DNA of 64,000 bases from Octopus bimaculoides. Its lineage: Eukaryota. This document shows, piece by piece, positions 11,786-24,881 of this stretch. The number at the start of each line of letters is the position of its first letter. The first letter of the stretch is position 1. The stretch covers positions 124,510,086-124,574,085 of the forward strand of contig NC_068982.1 in assembly GCF_001194135.2 (NCBI RefSeq), written 5' to 3'. The notes beneath the pieces are model-generated. The model worked only from the letters and a program-made list of their open reading frames with translations. It ran no database searches and was not told the DNA's origin. Made by a program: the position numbers and the translations under genes.

Positions 11786-13028
11786 GTTGATGCCAGTCTG
11801 TTAAGCTGTAAATAGGAACCACTAAAAGAAGCGGTACATTGAATCAGAAGCGTGCTTTTTTCATTGAATCATTTTTTCATTGAATCAGAAGCATGTTTTG
11901 CAGTATTGCATTTGAACACAGCATCCCAACTTTTCCAAAAGCTACGATTGACAGCTGTTCATATCCGGTGGTGATATCAGCATGAAATTGTGGTGAAAGA
12001 CGTTGATTAGTTTAAAAGTTCAATCAACAACATGCTATTCACCCAACTAAAATTCACACATGCTTTCGCAGACACATCCACCGAAGCTCTTCGTCGAGAA
12101 TGAAACAAAAAACAAAAACAAAAAACAAATGTTGTTGTTGTTATTGATGACGATGATTATGATGTTGATGATGACGACGACGATGATTACGATGATGCTA
12201 GGGATGTCGATGACGATGATAATAATGGCGATGATGATGCAGAAGAGGAGGAGAAGGAAGAGGGAGATGTTAAGATGAATGATTATAGTAAACAGGCCTT
12301 GAGAAAGGAGTGGAGACGGTATATTATTTTATTTATTTATTTTGCTCCGAAATTTATGAAGTATGATGGTGTATGGAAGAAAAATTACATGAACAGATTG
12401 AAAGAATTTATGCCTGGAATTACATACAAGTCAAGCCAGATTTTTCATCATATTTCATCTGTTATGATGAAAGTAAAAGCAAATAGAATTATCAGACAGA
12501 TTGGAAGGAATCCAGCTGAGTCATAACTGATGTTTTTAGATGTTGATCGCATGCCGTTTTGCAACTCGATTGAAGATAAACTCTTTGGTTCTCCTCTTTT
12601 GGGATGGGCTCCTTTTTTTCCCCGTCTAGAATTATCCAATATGAAGTGACAAAAATGGTAAAACTATTAGCAGAACAAATGGAATTTTCAAAGGGCTTAT
12701 TTTTATTTTCTTTTTGGCGACCTTTCTCATGGATCTTTTATGATGCCTTTCAATGGGAACGAAGTTGCATAAGGTAATTTTCATGCTTATAAAATCCTTC
12801 TGTTATTTTAAAAAACATTTTTATTGATAACATATAAGAGGGATTCTAGTGTAGCTTATTATTATTGCATCAGGTATAAATACTTCACTGATTTACATGC
12901 GAAAAAAAGAACATAAGTCACATGAATCCGATTAACAGGGTCCAGTTCCCATAATTCCTCATCACACCGCCATTATATCCTTCGCTCACCCCACTCTCCA
13001 CCCGTTTCTTAATTCTCGAAGCATATGC

Positions 13029-13057
<29 letters not shown>

Positions 13058-13061
<4 letters not shown>

Positions 13062-13392
13062 GCTGGACTTATGAGTCATCTTCGTAGTCAAAGCAAGACC
13101 GATGATTGACTACCAGGCCGCTGGTGATGGTGCTACACACCATACTAATCATGTCTGTCGAGCATGTGGAAGGGAGTGTGATTCAGCAGGAGGACTTAAA
13201 CGGCACGCAAAGGTACATGGAGCCCAATTACAACAACAGCCAGCTATTGCCAGTAAAGGTTTTGGATGCCAACTCTGTGCAACACATTGTAGATCTTTGG
13301 CTGGGCTAAAAAGTCACATGCGATCACAGCACCGTTAAGTTAAGCTTCGTGCAATGGCCATACTCGATAACGAGGGGGCAGCCATTATCATG
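13058..13392 (+). mobile_element. RTE-like LINE 3' end encoding tandem C2H2 zinc fingers, embedded in (TATG)n
   Basis: ORF 13102-13338 has CRACGRECDSAGGLKRHAKVH and CQLCATHCRSLAGLKSHMRSQH, preceded by the partial finger KAGLMSHLRS. Short 3' UTR; (TATG)n on both flanks. Confidence 0.7.
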
Positions 13393-13977
13393 TATGTATG
13401 TATGTATGTATGTATGTATGTATGTATGTATGTATGTATGTATGTATGTGTGTATGTGTGTATTTTTGTGCTTTTCTCTCCTCCCCACAACAGCTTGACA
13501 ACCAGTGTTGGTTTGTTTATATCTCTATAACTTAGCAGTTCAGCAAAAGAGACGATAGAATAAGTACCAAACTTTAGGAAATAAGTACTTGGGTCGATTC
13601 TTTCTGCTGAAACCTTTCAAGGTGGTGTCCGAGCATGGTCGCAGTCCAGTCACTGAAACAAGAAAAAAAAAAAAAAGAAAACACCGATACACGTACGCAC
13701 ATGTGCCACCTCTCCCTACCGGTCACAGGTATTGCAAAGATAGGCATTTCTTTATAATATTCGGTGGGATAAGAAATCTGAATTTGAAACTAATGATTTA
13801 AAAAGATAAATATGTAACGAAATTTTTTTTTACTTATTACGAAGATCTTAAATTTCTTGTCGCTGGTGTGTTTGTGTGTGTATGTGTGTGTGTGTGTGTG
13901 AAGTCAAACGAAATAATGGTATTTTGAAAGCATTTGATACGTACGTTTCAGATCATTGCGTAATATCTAATAAAAAA

Positions 13978-14535
13978 AAGGCGGCGAGCTGGCAGAATCG
14001 TTAGCACGCCGGGCGAAATGCTTAGCGGTATTTTGTCTGCCGTTACGTTCTGAATTCAAATTCCGCCGAGGTCGACTTTGCCTTTCATCCTTTCGGGGTC
14101 GATAAATTAAGTACCAATTACGCACTGGGGTCTATGTAATCGACTTAATCCGTTCGTCTGTTCTTGTTTGTTCCCTCTATGTTTAGCCCCTTGTGGGCAA
14201 TAACGAAATAGGTATTTCGTCTGTCTTTATGTTCTGAGTTCAAATTACACCGAGGTAGACTTTGCCTTTCATCCTTTCGAGGTCGATTAAATAAGTACCA
14301 GTTACTCACTGGGGTCGATATAATCGACTTAATCCGTTTGTCTGTCCTTGTTTGTCCCCTCTGTGTGTAGCCCCTTGTGGGCAACAAAGAAATAAGAAAC
14401 GTTAGCACGCCGGTCGAAATGCTTAGCGGTATTTCGTCTGCCGTTACGTTCTGAGTTCAAATTCTACCGAGGTTGACTTTGCCTTTCATCCTTTCGGGGT
14501 CGATAAATTAAGTACCAGTTGCGTACTGGGGTCGA
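13978..14535 (+). mobile_element. Trimeric SINE family A
   Basis: Three B-box modules joined by two copies of a ~65-bp linker (ccgtttgtctgtccttgtttgtcccctct...agccccttgtgggcaa). Confidence 0.9.
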
Positions 14536-14817
14536 TCTAATCGACTGGGCCCCTCCCCTTAAATTTCGGGCCTTGTGCCTAGAGTAGAAAAGAATTTGTA
14601 ACAGGAAATGCATCACTTACACAAGACAATCTTCAGTTAATACATCTCAAAATACATGAATGTGCTAGTTTGCTTACGGTAATCTATATGGCAAGGATAG
14701 CATAAACTCACTTTTTAAGCCGTTCACTCCTGATCAGCTTTTTTGCCTGAAATATATAACGGCTGTTTAACTTCTTTTCGCATTATAAGATGTTACCCGT
14801 CTTCGTGTCTGCATGTA

Positions 14818-16052
14818 CACAGACATGACATCAGTAAATAAACACCTCATAAAACATTGTTTTATGTTTATTCTAACTTGAAAAGGTTTATATCTTTTAT
14901 TAATGGACATTTTTATGTTTCAGGTTCTATATGTGACTGTTTAATCATGTACATATGAAGCCTTGGAACTCCCAAATTTCAAAGAAACCGTACTGTAGGT
15001 CAATCTGAAGGTGGACTTAGCGTAAAATTGCAGAAAACCTTGGGATCCCGCTTTCTGTAGTTAATAGGGTGATTGTGCAATTCTCCAGAAAGGGGAAGGA
15101 GTCCACCTCACCGTGACCAGGTCGACCAGGGCCCTCTGACAGAACCCTTTGCTTTGTTAAATGAAATGTGGAGGATAATCCTCATTGCAAGGCCTCTGAT
15201 ATAGCAGAAGTTGATGTCAGTCCCAGAACAGCTGCAAAGTATCTCTACAAACTTGGCTACTGTGGTAGAGCAGCAAGAAGGAAGACACTTCTTCAACCAG
15301 CCAATATCAAGTGGAGAAAAGATAGGGCCTGTGAGATGATGGAGTGGTCGCTAGCATTTTGGGACACTATCATATTCTCTGATGAGTTCAGATTTGCTGT
15401 ATTTTCTCACTGTGGTCGAGTGTGAGTCTGGAGACTCTGTGATCAAGAATTTGACATGAAAAGATTGCTGCCAACAATGAAACAACGCAGTTATTCTGAG
15501 ATGGTCTGGAGAGCTATTTGGAGCAATGGTCAATCAGAACTGGTGGAGTGTGAAGGAAACATAAACTCAGATAAATATGTGTCTTTATTGCAGAAAGGAC
15601 TCTTTCCAATCTTCTCCAATAGTAAAATGATTAAAGAAAACTATTTATGGAAGCTGAGGCTTCTTGTCACGCGGCTAAAAGGACCCAAGATTGGTTGGAA
15701 AAGAATGACATTAAAAACTTCCATGGCCAAGCCAGTCACCAGATATGAACCTTATTGAATACCTCTGGGGCATACTGACAAGACACTTCGTAAAAAGAAC
15801 AAGAAAGCATCGTTAAACCCAGCTCTTTTGAGATTACTGCATGAAACTTGGAAAGAAATTCCTAAAGAGAATATTCATCATTTGATCAGTAGCATGCCTT
15901 ATAGGATCGTTACATTGAAAAATGCAAAGGACATGTCTACTAAATATTAGATATTCACATTATAATAATTAATAAATAATCTGAACGTATAATTTCAGAT
16001 TAAAATTTTTTTTTATGATTATAAGGGCGAATTTACTTTTGTCATGCCTGTG
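14818..16052 (+). mobile_element. Full-length, inactivated Tc1-like DNA transposon
   Basis: TA target duplications at 14816-17 and 16053-54; imperfect TIRs cacagacatgacatcagtaaat / atttacttttgtcatgcctgtg. Confidence 0.9.
14955..15950 (+). pseudogene. Tc1 (DD34E-type) transposase pseudogene
   Basis: Motifs GRPG, WDTIIFSDE, MVWRAIWSNG, (F)MEAEASCH (second catalytic D apparently mutated), WPSQSPDMNLIEYLWG and C-terminal STKY*; several stops and frameshifts. Confidence 0.92.
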
Positions 16053-16437
16053 TAGTTTATTTAAACAGGTTCAGTAAGTTCTCAGAACAAGTTTGACGGG
16101 GCCCAGTCTGTCATGTCTAAAGGAGTGGAGACATGTTGTGGATACTCCAGAGTAACTGGTCATTGAAACAGCTTAAAACTACTGCATAACATATATTATG
16201 CAACAAATATCGATATAGCATTTTAAACGTACGCACACACATGCCTACACTTATTAATTACAGCAAAGTATCTTGTTTGAACAAGTCCTCTAAACTCGTG
16301 TTCGGCTTTGTAAATTAACGAAGCACTCGGCAGTTATAAACTACTCATGCCATTGCATTTTGCTACGTACTTGGAATGGTTCATTGGAGCGTAATGCCTG
16401 TGCCAGCTAAAAGTGATACTTTGGTATCTACAGGTAT

Positions 16438-16872
16438 ATAAGGCAGTAGGACGCCGGACAAAATGCTTAGTGGTACTTCGTCTGTCTTTACGTTCTGAGT
16501 TCAAATTCCACCGAGGTCGACTTTGCATTTCATCTCTTCGGGGTCGATAAATTAAGTACCAGTTGCGTACTGGGGTCGATCTAATCGACTGGCCCCGTTC
16601 CCCAAAATTTCAGGTCTTGTGCCTAGAATACAAAAAAGGTATATAAGGCAGTAAAGTTGATAGAATCGTTATCGTCCCTCCCACCACCAAAAAGAAAAAG
16701 GTTGTGACATTCCTTCCGACCTTACGTTTTGAGTTCAAATACCGCCAGGCTGGCTTAGCCTATCGTCCTCTCATGATCGATAAAATAAGTACCAGTTGAA
16801 CACGGGGGTCGATATAATCGAGTTATATTCTCTCCTGAGATTGCTGGCTTTGTGTCAAAATTTGAAACCGAT
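16438..16872 (+). mobile_element. Two adjacent SINE family A copies
   Basis: Consensus match; the second copy is more diverged. Confidence 0.8.
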
Positions 16873-17304
16873 ATCTCCATCAGTGTGGTTGTCCACGTTT
16901 TCAAAGATAACATTTTAAGGAGACGGGCTTTACTATATCTCTATAGTTCTGCTTAAGTTATTAAGTAAAATTTATATAACAGATATGGCGTATTTTAATC
17001 GAGTACAATGCGATCTCAAATATGATGGGATTTCCACATTTTGTACCCAAGTATCAGTTGTATACTCTAGCCTTGTGTTTTGCACTCAAGTATAATGCTC
17101 CACTCTAATTTTGGCGCTGTTGCTTTGTATTAAATTTCTCGTATTATACGATAAGTGAGTAATTCGAGTAAGAAGGTTTGGTAGGCGGTCTATAGGTTGT
17201 GTGGCTTATAATGTCTTGTATTACTATATATCTCACTGTGTGTGTGTATGTGTCTGTGTGTGCGCGCGCGCGTTTATGTAATATATATATTTATATATGT
17301 CTAT

Positions 17305-17445
<141 letters not shown>

Positions 17446-17471
17446 TCATATTCTATAATGCTCATATTATA

Positions 17472-17560
17472 CAGGGTGGCCCAAAAGCAGGTTTACAGTT
17501 ATCACGTAGGCACTTTAAATTTCTTTTAACACATTTTATTACATTTAAATTTCTATCTTA
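17472..17560 (+). mobile_element. Tc1/mariner-like left terminus fragment
   Basis: TA|cagggtggcccaaaagcaggtttacag; no matching right TIR seen. Confidence 0.5.
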
Positions 17561-17921
17561 CAATTAATTAAATTAGCATAGAATAATGGTTTCATATTTT
17601 TTTTATAATTAAGATCTAAATTGTTAATATATGAATGCGAAAGAGATAGTTGAATAACTGTATATATATATATATATATATATATAAAATCTATATATAT
17701 GTATACACATACACTCGCACACACACAGAGAAAGAGATAGAAAGAGAGGGATAGAGAAAGATAAATACACACACACACACACACATATATTTACATATAT
17801 GCACATACACACGCATCGACATATATACGTATATAAATAGATTGCTATACATATATACATGCGAGCGCGCTAACACATATTCATGGGAATTCGGTAATTT
17901 TGGTAATATAATTGAAATTAG

Positions 17922-18140
17922 CAAGGCGGCGAGCTGGCAGAACCGGTAACACGCCAGGCATTAACGCCTAGCGGCCTTTTGTCCGACTTTGCGTTCTAAG
18001 TTCAAATTCCGCCGAGGTCGACTTTGCCTTTCATCCTTTCGGAATCGTTAAAATAGATACCGGTTGAGTGCTGAGGTCGATGTAATCGATTTAGCATCGT
18101 CCCGAAACTGCTGGCCTTGTGCCGAAATTTGAAACCAATA
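17922..18140 (+). mobile_element. SINE family A
   Basis: aaggcggcgagctggcagaacc...gttcaaattccgccgaggtcgactttgcc...aaatttgaaaccaata. Confidence 0.85.
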
Positions 18141-19265
18141 CAAATGAAATTAACATATTTCTATCATGATCCGTTTCTTCTAGCTAACTCGAACTCAGTA
18201 CCGAGAGCCTACGAAACACCAGTTAAAATCACCGTGTAACGGCTTTCCCCTACGTCGCTCCATTCTACCATGTGGCACATGCTATACACCAACGTGAGTT
18301 AGGCCTTTGAGTGTTAAGCGTCTTAGCCACGGACACAGGTGCAAGCGTCTATGTCAGGCTTCTTATCACAGAGTGTTTGCTTGTTCTGTCGACTGATATC
18401 GTTCTTATCGTTCTTGTAGTCATTATCATCGTCTTACTTATTCTCGCCGTCATCGTCATCACATTTACTTGTGTGGTCGCTGTCAGCGCCGTCATTGTTA
18501 TTGCCGTCTTCGCTGTCATCACCACTACTGTTTGTCAGTCTGAGTCGTCGTCTTTATTGACGTCATAACAAGCAACAAGTGTAGTAGTAGTAGCAGCAGC
18601 AGCAGCAGCAACAGCAGCAATAATGAATGAATTAACAACACAACGTAAGAATGAAAAAAAAAAAAAAAAAGTAACAACAACATTGAATTTTAATGGATGA
18701 AGGTTAGAAAAACAATAAAATTAAAATAAATATAAATATAGATATCAATAGAAATCAAAAACAAAATTTTTATGAGGTAAATGAAGNNNNNNNNNNNNNN
18801 NNNNNNNNNNNNNNNNNNNNNNNNNNNNNNNNNNNNNNNNNNNNNNNNNNNNNNNNNNNNNNNNNNNNNNNNNNNNNNNNNNNNNNNNNNNNNNNNNNNN
18901 NNNNNNNNNNNNNNNNNNNNNNNNNNNNNNNNNNNNNNNNNNNNNNNNNNNNNNNNNNNNNNNNNNNNNNNNNNNNNNNNNNNNNNNNNNNNNNNNNNNN
19001 NNNNNNNNNNNNNNNNNNNNNNNNNNNNNNNNNNNNNNNNNNNNNNNNNNNNNNNNNNNNNNNNNNNNNNNNNNNNNNNNNNNNNNNNNNNNNNNNNNNN
19101 NNNNNNNNNNNNNNNNNNNNNNNNNNNNNNNNNNNNNNNNNNNNNNNNNNNNNNNNNNNNNNNNNNNNNNNNNNNNNNNNNNNNNNNNNNNNNNNNNNNN
19201 NNNNNNNNNNNNNNNNNNNNNNNNNNNNNNCCACATTGCTCTCTTACTTTCTATTTCTATCAGCA

Positions 19266-19326
19266 GGCCAATGATCCAAAACGACTGGAAAAGATTCGCT
19301 GCCATGGTAACCAACCGAGCCAATCA
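19266..19326. promoter_or_regulatory. Candidate promoter: two CCAAT boxes flanking an RFX X-box-like site
   Basis: ggCCAATga (19268-72), GCTGCCATGGTAAC (19298-19311) and agCCAATcag (19320-24), at the start of a ~3-kb TE-poor block. Confidence 0.45.
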
Positions 19327-20649
19327 GAGTGAACTCAATTCGTTTCAAATCTGTCTCCTACTGGGTGGATGGAGTTGTGTAAGGGAAGCAAAGGTGTTGT
19401 CGTGTGATGTTGGCATTCTATCTGAGTATCACAGAAAACGATGTTTGTTATAGCCTATTAGAATTCTTTCTTTTCATAGGCATCGATCGATACATAATAG
19501 TATCAGTTCTTCATATTTTAACTAAAGCAAAGAAATTTATTGACGAGCACAACACACAACACTACAATTTGAGATAAATAAATATGTGTCACTTCATTCG
19601 CATTGAAATATCTGTAACTCTAGAGAAATACTAACAATTTAACCCTCTCCATACTCCGTCTCTGTCTCTCTTTCTCTCTCTTACACACACACGCACACAC
19701 GCACACATACAAGCAGATCTCCAATATAAATATGTTTGTATAATAATCTCTAAATACAACTAGAACATACACATAAGCATATTAATAGTATCTATAAAAT
19801 AAGTCTATCCATACACATACGCATATACTAATGTGTTCAGTTTAGCATACAAAATACATGCTATGATATTGCGCACATAACCATTATATCATAATACCCA
19901 CAAGTAAGCATGTCTACATGTACGTATACAGTAAACTATTATTGTCTGTCTTTGATGAGTAATGCTATTCAACTAAAGCGTCATTATAATCTACCGTATG
20001 ACAGAAATGAAGCGAGAATGTTTTAATACTGTTTCTCTATAAACATACTTATTTTATCTTGATGTATCGCTTAGTCTGTTGTCTGTAGTCTTTTATATGA
20101 AAAAATCAATAACATATTTTGGAAATCATAGTTTGACTGAGTAATAGGCAAAATAAATAACCACAACTTTGTTGTTTCGAATTTTTCCCTTTTATGTATT
20201 TTCATCATAGTTCGACTTCTTGAGTTTATCCAGTAGAAGAAATAGAATTTTAGATTAAAAAAACAAAAACAAAAGAAAAAGAAAAACTAGCTATTTGACG
20301 GAGATATTTGTTGTCGCAAAATTGGTATAAAATGTAACAATCTTTTTCCAGACCGGCAGGTATGATTGTTTTTACGTAATGTTTTATGATGTAATATTTT
20401 ATAATTTCAGCATTTTGAAATTCTATAGCTGAGACTAGACTCAGATATGTCTATTGATATGCATAGATATGTACAGGTATTCTGATTAAAAATTATTTTG
20501 ATTAAAAAAAAAAAACTAATTAGATTTAAAAGTAAATAAATAACAATAGAACTATCTATAAAATATTTTACAGAAAAAAAAAATTGACCCTGAGAATGTT
20601 ACAGGTTCTCTTTAACTGCTACTAATTATTTTATAATTTGATAGCTTTT

Positions 20650-21200
20650 GCTGTTGTTTGAGACAAGATCAACAAGTGAGACAACAGAAGGATCCAATTG
20701 ATTTTAATGCGATTGATGTTAACCTCAGTCGCATAAAATATATTTCGATGATTATAGTTTCATCGGATTCTTTAAATTTTACTGACAACATTTTATTGCA
20801 CAGTAGACTCGTTTAAGGACAGCCAAATTGATTACATATGTTCCGCTCCCGAAAACGATGGTTAACTTTGTTATGATAGGCTGTAGGATGCACTCCGAAT
20901 TAACGTTGGAAAGGTTCTTTGACACTAAGAGAAGGATTTATGCAGTGCCAAGCAAAGAGATTTAAAGGGTAGTCTGATTGCGAAGATGCAACTTAATGCG
21001 TGGCTTCCACTACTATATCATTAAATATTGGCCATTAAGGCCTTACAAAGAGGGGACAAACAAGGACAGATAGACAATGGCTTCCACTACTAACTAGATG
21101 CAGATGATCTTCACCACCTTATTAACTTCCTCGAAGAGAACAGTGAGCTGGCGGTAAATGTAAATCGTAACCCGATAATTTCAAACTTACCTTAACAAAA
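20650..21200 (+). mobile_element. Possible highly decayed LINE RT remnant, interrupted by a 62-bp insertion with a 15-bp TSD
   Basis: L(D)ADDL..LINFLEENS resembles the YADD region. The TSD tggcttccactacta is clear at 21001-15 and 21078-92; the RT call is weak. Confidence 0.3.
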
Positions 21201-22664
21201 AAGGAAGTGGAGTGTAGTGAGTCATATGATATGGAGACAGGCAACCTGGGGATTTGTTTTTTTACGAAACTTTTTAGTTAAGTCTGTTCTGAAAAAGCAA
21301 GACTTATATATTTTAAACTTTGTTGACAAATATTACAAATTTATTGATTGAGTCAATAAGGCATCAATCAGACTAACTAGCTGAAAAGTCGGTTGCTCGA
21401 GTTTCAGCATTCGTTCTTGCGCTGTGTTTGTGACTAAAATATTTTACACTTAACTGGCCGTTCTACTTCGCAGTAACTAAGTACCAAAGGAATGCAAACC
21501 TAACTAACTGCCCGAAAGTGTAAAAGCTCTGTTAAGTGTTCCGTTAATCTTTTGTGATAAATTAACGTGCCTAAAAATCAACTCCACCTGATAGCGTAAA
21601 GCTGAAGCTTTTAAACAAGCTTTCTATAAGTCATCATCACCGTAAATAGAGATGAAAACAAATTATCACCAAATACTTTTGTCATTTGAAAATCTGGAGA
21701 AAAATACACTTAAAATCTGGGGAAAGAAGCCATGTTTTATCTGTCTCGATGAAAAACAATCTTCTTTGAAGAAAGTGACTTTTTAATTCTGGTATTCATA
21801 TTTCATCTTGTGCAGTTTCTAGTGATGAGTATTACTACTTCCTATGTTTTGTATGAGTTGGCAACGAAAATACTGATTATGGGAAATGGGTGCGTTGAGT
21901 AGAATCGCTTTGGGCTGTAACGTGGTGTGTGTTTAACAGCTGTCTCAACAGATGTCAATGCTGTGGTGATGACATTTTAGAAGACTATATGGTGGTTTAT
22001 AAACTGAAAGTCTACTAAAGACAACAGGAAGGAAAACAATCTACTAAGAGTAATATTAAGAAATCAGAAAAATAATTTTACACTTGTTTGTTCTGTGAAT
22101 TGCAGGACAATTAATTATTCTGTTATAGCTTTAAGTTTAGGACTGACCTCCAGATATACAAAAACAAAGAGATATTGAATAAAAATGAAATGTTGACCAG
22201 CAACTAGCTATGAAATTTTCTTTCAATAAGTTGGACAAAATAAAGATATTTCAGTAAATAGAATTGTTTCTTAGTCAGTCGTGAAAGAATCGTTGAAATG
22301 TAGAAGTCACTATTTATTTATTCTTTTGTTTCGTTTGAAAAGGCATCTCGCTTTGTTAGAAAATTATACGTACTCTCGAAATGCCGGGAGGGTGTCTCGT
22401 GATACTGTGACTCAAAATAGAATGCAATGTACCATAACGAGAATATTTGTAGAGTGATTGTACAGGTTATCCGTAGAAATTTAATCTTTTAAACTTCCTA
22501 GTTTTCTCAGTGTCCTTTCGTGTCCGAATAGATGTAAGATGAGTAGGTGTAACTGGACGAGATAACATATCAATTGAAGAACATTAGGTACGAATGAGTT
22601 TGACCTAACAAATCAGTTCCGATGAGATTTTCGTGTCGGCAATATGCTAAATAGCTCAAAGCTG

Positions 22665-22805
22665 GGACCCTGGTAAGTGCTACCGCTCTGGGTCAGAGTA
22701 GATCTGGGGATAATAGTAGCTAAGAGGTGGTTCCACGCTCCTCAAAACATGGAGTTCCAGAACCAGGGACCCACAATCGGATGCAGTTTAAATTCATAAT
22801 CAGAA
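22665..22805 (+). mobile_element. Decayed interspersed repeat (LINE/SINE 3' end) followed by (CATA)n
   Basis: gctctgggtcagagtagatctgggataatag...ggatgcagtttaa pattern. Confidence 0.4.
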
Positions 22806-22859
22806 CGTATGCACATACGTGCATACATACATGCATACATACATACATACATACATACA

Positions 22860-22890
<31 letters not shown>

Positions 22891-23357
22891 TACAACACAT
22901 AACGATTCTGATCGATGCATCATTATATGATATTTCATACGATATTTATTAAAAGAGAGTTTAAGGGTGAGATTTGAAGCAGAAAGATTAGTAATTAATT
23001 GTATAAAGAATAAAGATAATGGCTTAAGCAATCTTCAGTTCTTATCAGTTTTTCAGTTCATGCACTCAAAGCCGCTTTATGTTTTGGAGAAATCCTTTTG
23101 TATGCTGATTAAGTTCTTAAATATGTTTGTTGACCGAGATGTGTATAACGTACATACAATTTGGTATACAACTACATTAATATGCATCTGTTCATGGTAA
23201 GAGGCGGCAACGCTACGCTTCGTCGAACTTATGGACTGTTGCAAGTCAGTAAGAATACCTTTTTGTTACCATATTTCTGTTAAAATATGTTCTTTGATTC
23301 AATTGATTTGAAACATGAAGAGTTTAGAAAAAAATAACTTTGTTATTGAGCTGATGT

Positions 23358-23578
23358 AAAGCGGTGAGAAGGCAGAATCATTAGAACGCCGGACAAAATG
23401 CTTAGCGCCATTTTTTCTGACGTTATGTTCTGAGTTCAAATTTCACTGAGGTCGTATTTGCCTTTCATCAATTCAGGATCGATAAAATACGCACCAATTT
23501 CGCATTGGGGTCGATGTAATTGACTTACACACTCCCCTGAAATTGCTGGACTTGTTCCAATATTTGAAACCATTATTA
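23358..23578 (+). mobile_element. Diverged SINE family A nested in an older AT-rich repeat
   Basis: Consensus match; the flanks ttattgagctgatgt / ttattaggcggtatt look like a decayed TSD. Confidence 0.7.
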
Positions 23579-24677
23579 GGCGGTATTTGGAACACAAATT
23601 AACATAAAATTTTAATGAGAAGTTTGTACCACAAAATTAGGGGCAGATTCGGGCAGATTCGGGCGGATTCGTATCAAAACGGATAAGAATATTAACCTAC
23701 AAATATTGGAGTAATAAATTTGTCAAGGGAAAAGAAAAAAGACCCTCAACTTTGAATAGACGAATTCAGTTTACCAGCACTAAATCTTAAGATCAAAGTG
23801 TTAATCTCAAACTACAATCCTTCATTTTATCCATTATTTAATCTTCTAAAAGTCCTAAGTCCTACTTATAAGCTCTTATATAATAACAAAAATTCTATAA
23901 GCCCTCAAAACTTAATGCGAATAGTTTCCATGTAATCCTTCTAATAATCTATGAGTTTATTCTATGCAACAGAATAATGGGGGAAAATCAAAAGAAAGCA
24001 AAAAATATTCTTTTGAAATATAACTGAACTAAGATCTCCAAGGGTAGACTGATGGCGAACAGCTTTCAAAACAATTAACTGAATACTGTAGAGGGGCAGG
24101 GAATGGAAATCCGTATCTGGACAGTTAAAACAACGAGAACATTATTGACAGCATATCGCGGTTATTAATATAGACAAAAATAAAAGAAAAGAGAAAAAGA
24201 GATATTTGTGTTAGAGACAGACAAAGAAATACGAAATATGAACGAAAACAACAAGGGAGAAAAGAAAATATTTTGCTTCTATTTCCTTTAAACTGAGTAA
24301 CGGTACATATTTGGTAAAGTAAAGAGGCTGAGAGTGGGAAATCTTTCCTGTTGTAATAGCCCAAAATATTATAGAATCATCGCACGCATACACACGCTCC
24401 TACGCATACACGCACACTCACACGCACACTCACACGCACGTACGCAAACATATGCTGATATATGCAGGAAAAAGCCCTTTATGCGGCCTAAATTCAGAGC
24501 GATACGAAATATGTAAGAATATGACTATTCATAGCCCACGCTTTCTCCTTCTCCCTCCCTCCCTCCCTCTCTTTTGCTTCACCGATATGCGTATGTCTGT
24601 GCGTGCGTTTGTGTGTGTGAGCATGTGTGTGTATGTGTGTGTCTTCGTATAAATACTTGCATACATACATATATATG

Positions 24678-24709
<32 letters not shown>

Positions 24710-24732
24710 TGTGAAATAGTATATTATATGCA

Positions 24733-24784
<52 letters not shown>

Positions 24785-24792
24785 ATTCTATC

Positions 24793-24834
<42 letters not shown>

Positions 24835-24881
24835 CATGTATTTGAAATAGTATATTATATGCACACATATATGTATATATA

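Noticed and set aside
18311-18568. Hydrophobic 85-aa ORF suggesting a membrane protein
   Set aside because: It derives from a degenerate (GTC/ATC)n repeat; the hydrophobicity is a codon-composition artefact.
21823-21876. C/D box snoRNA-like pattern (GTGATGA...CTGA), and a similar one at 21965-22006
   Set aside because: The spacing is short (54 and 42 nt), there is no clear terminal stem, I recognise no rRNA guide, and TGATGA is common here.
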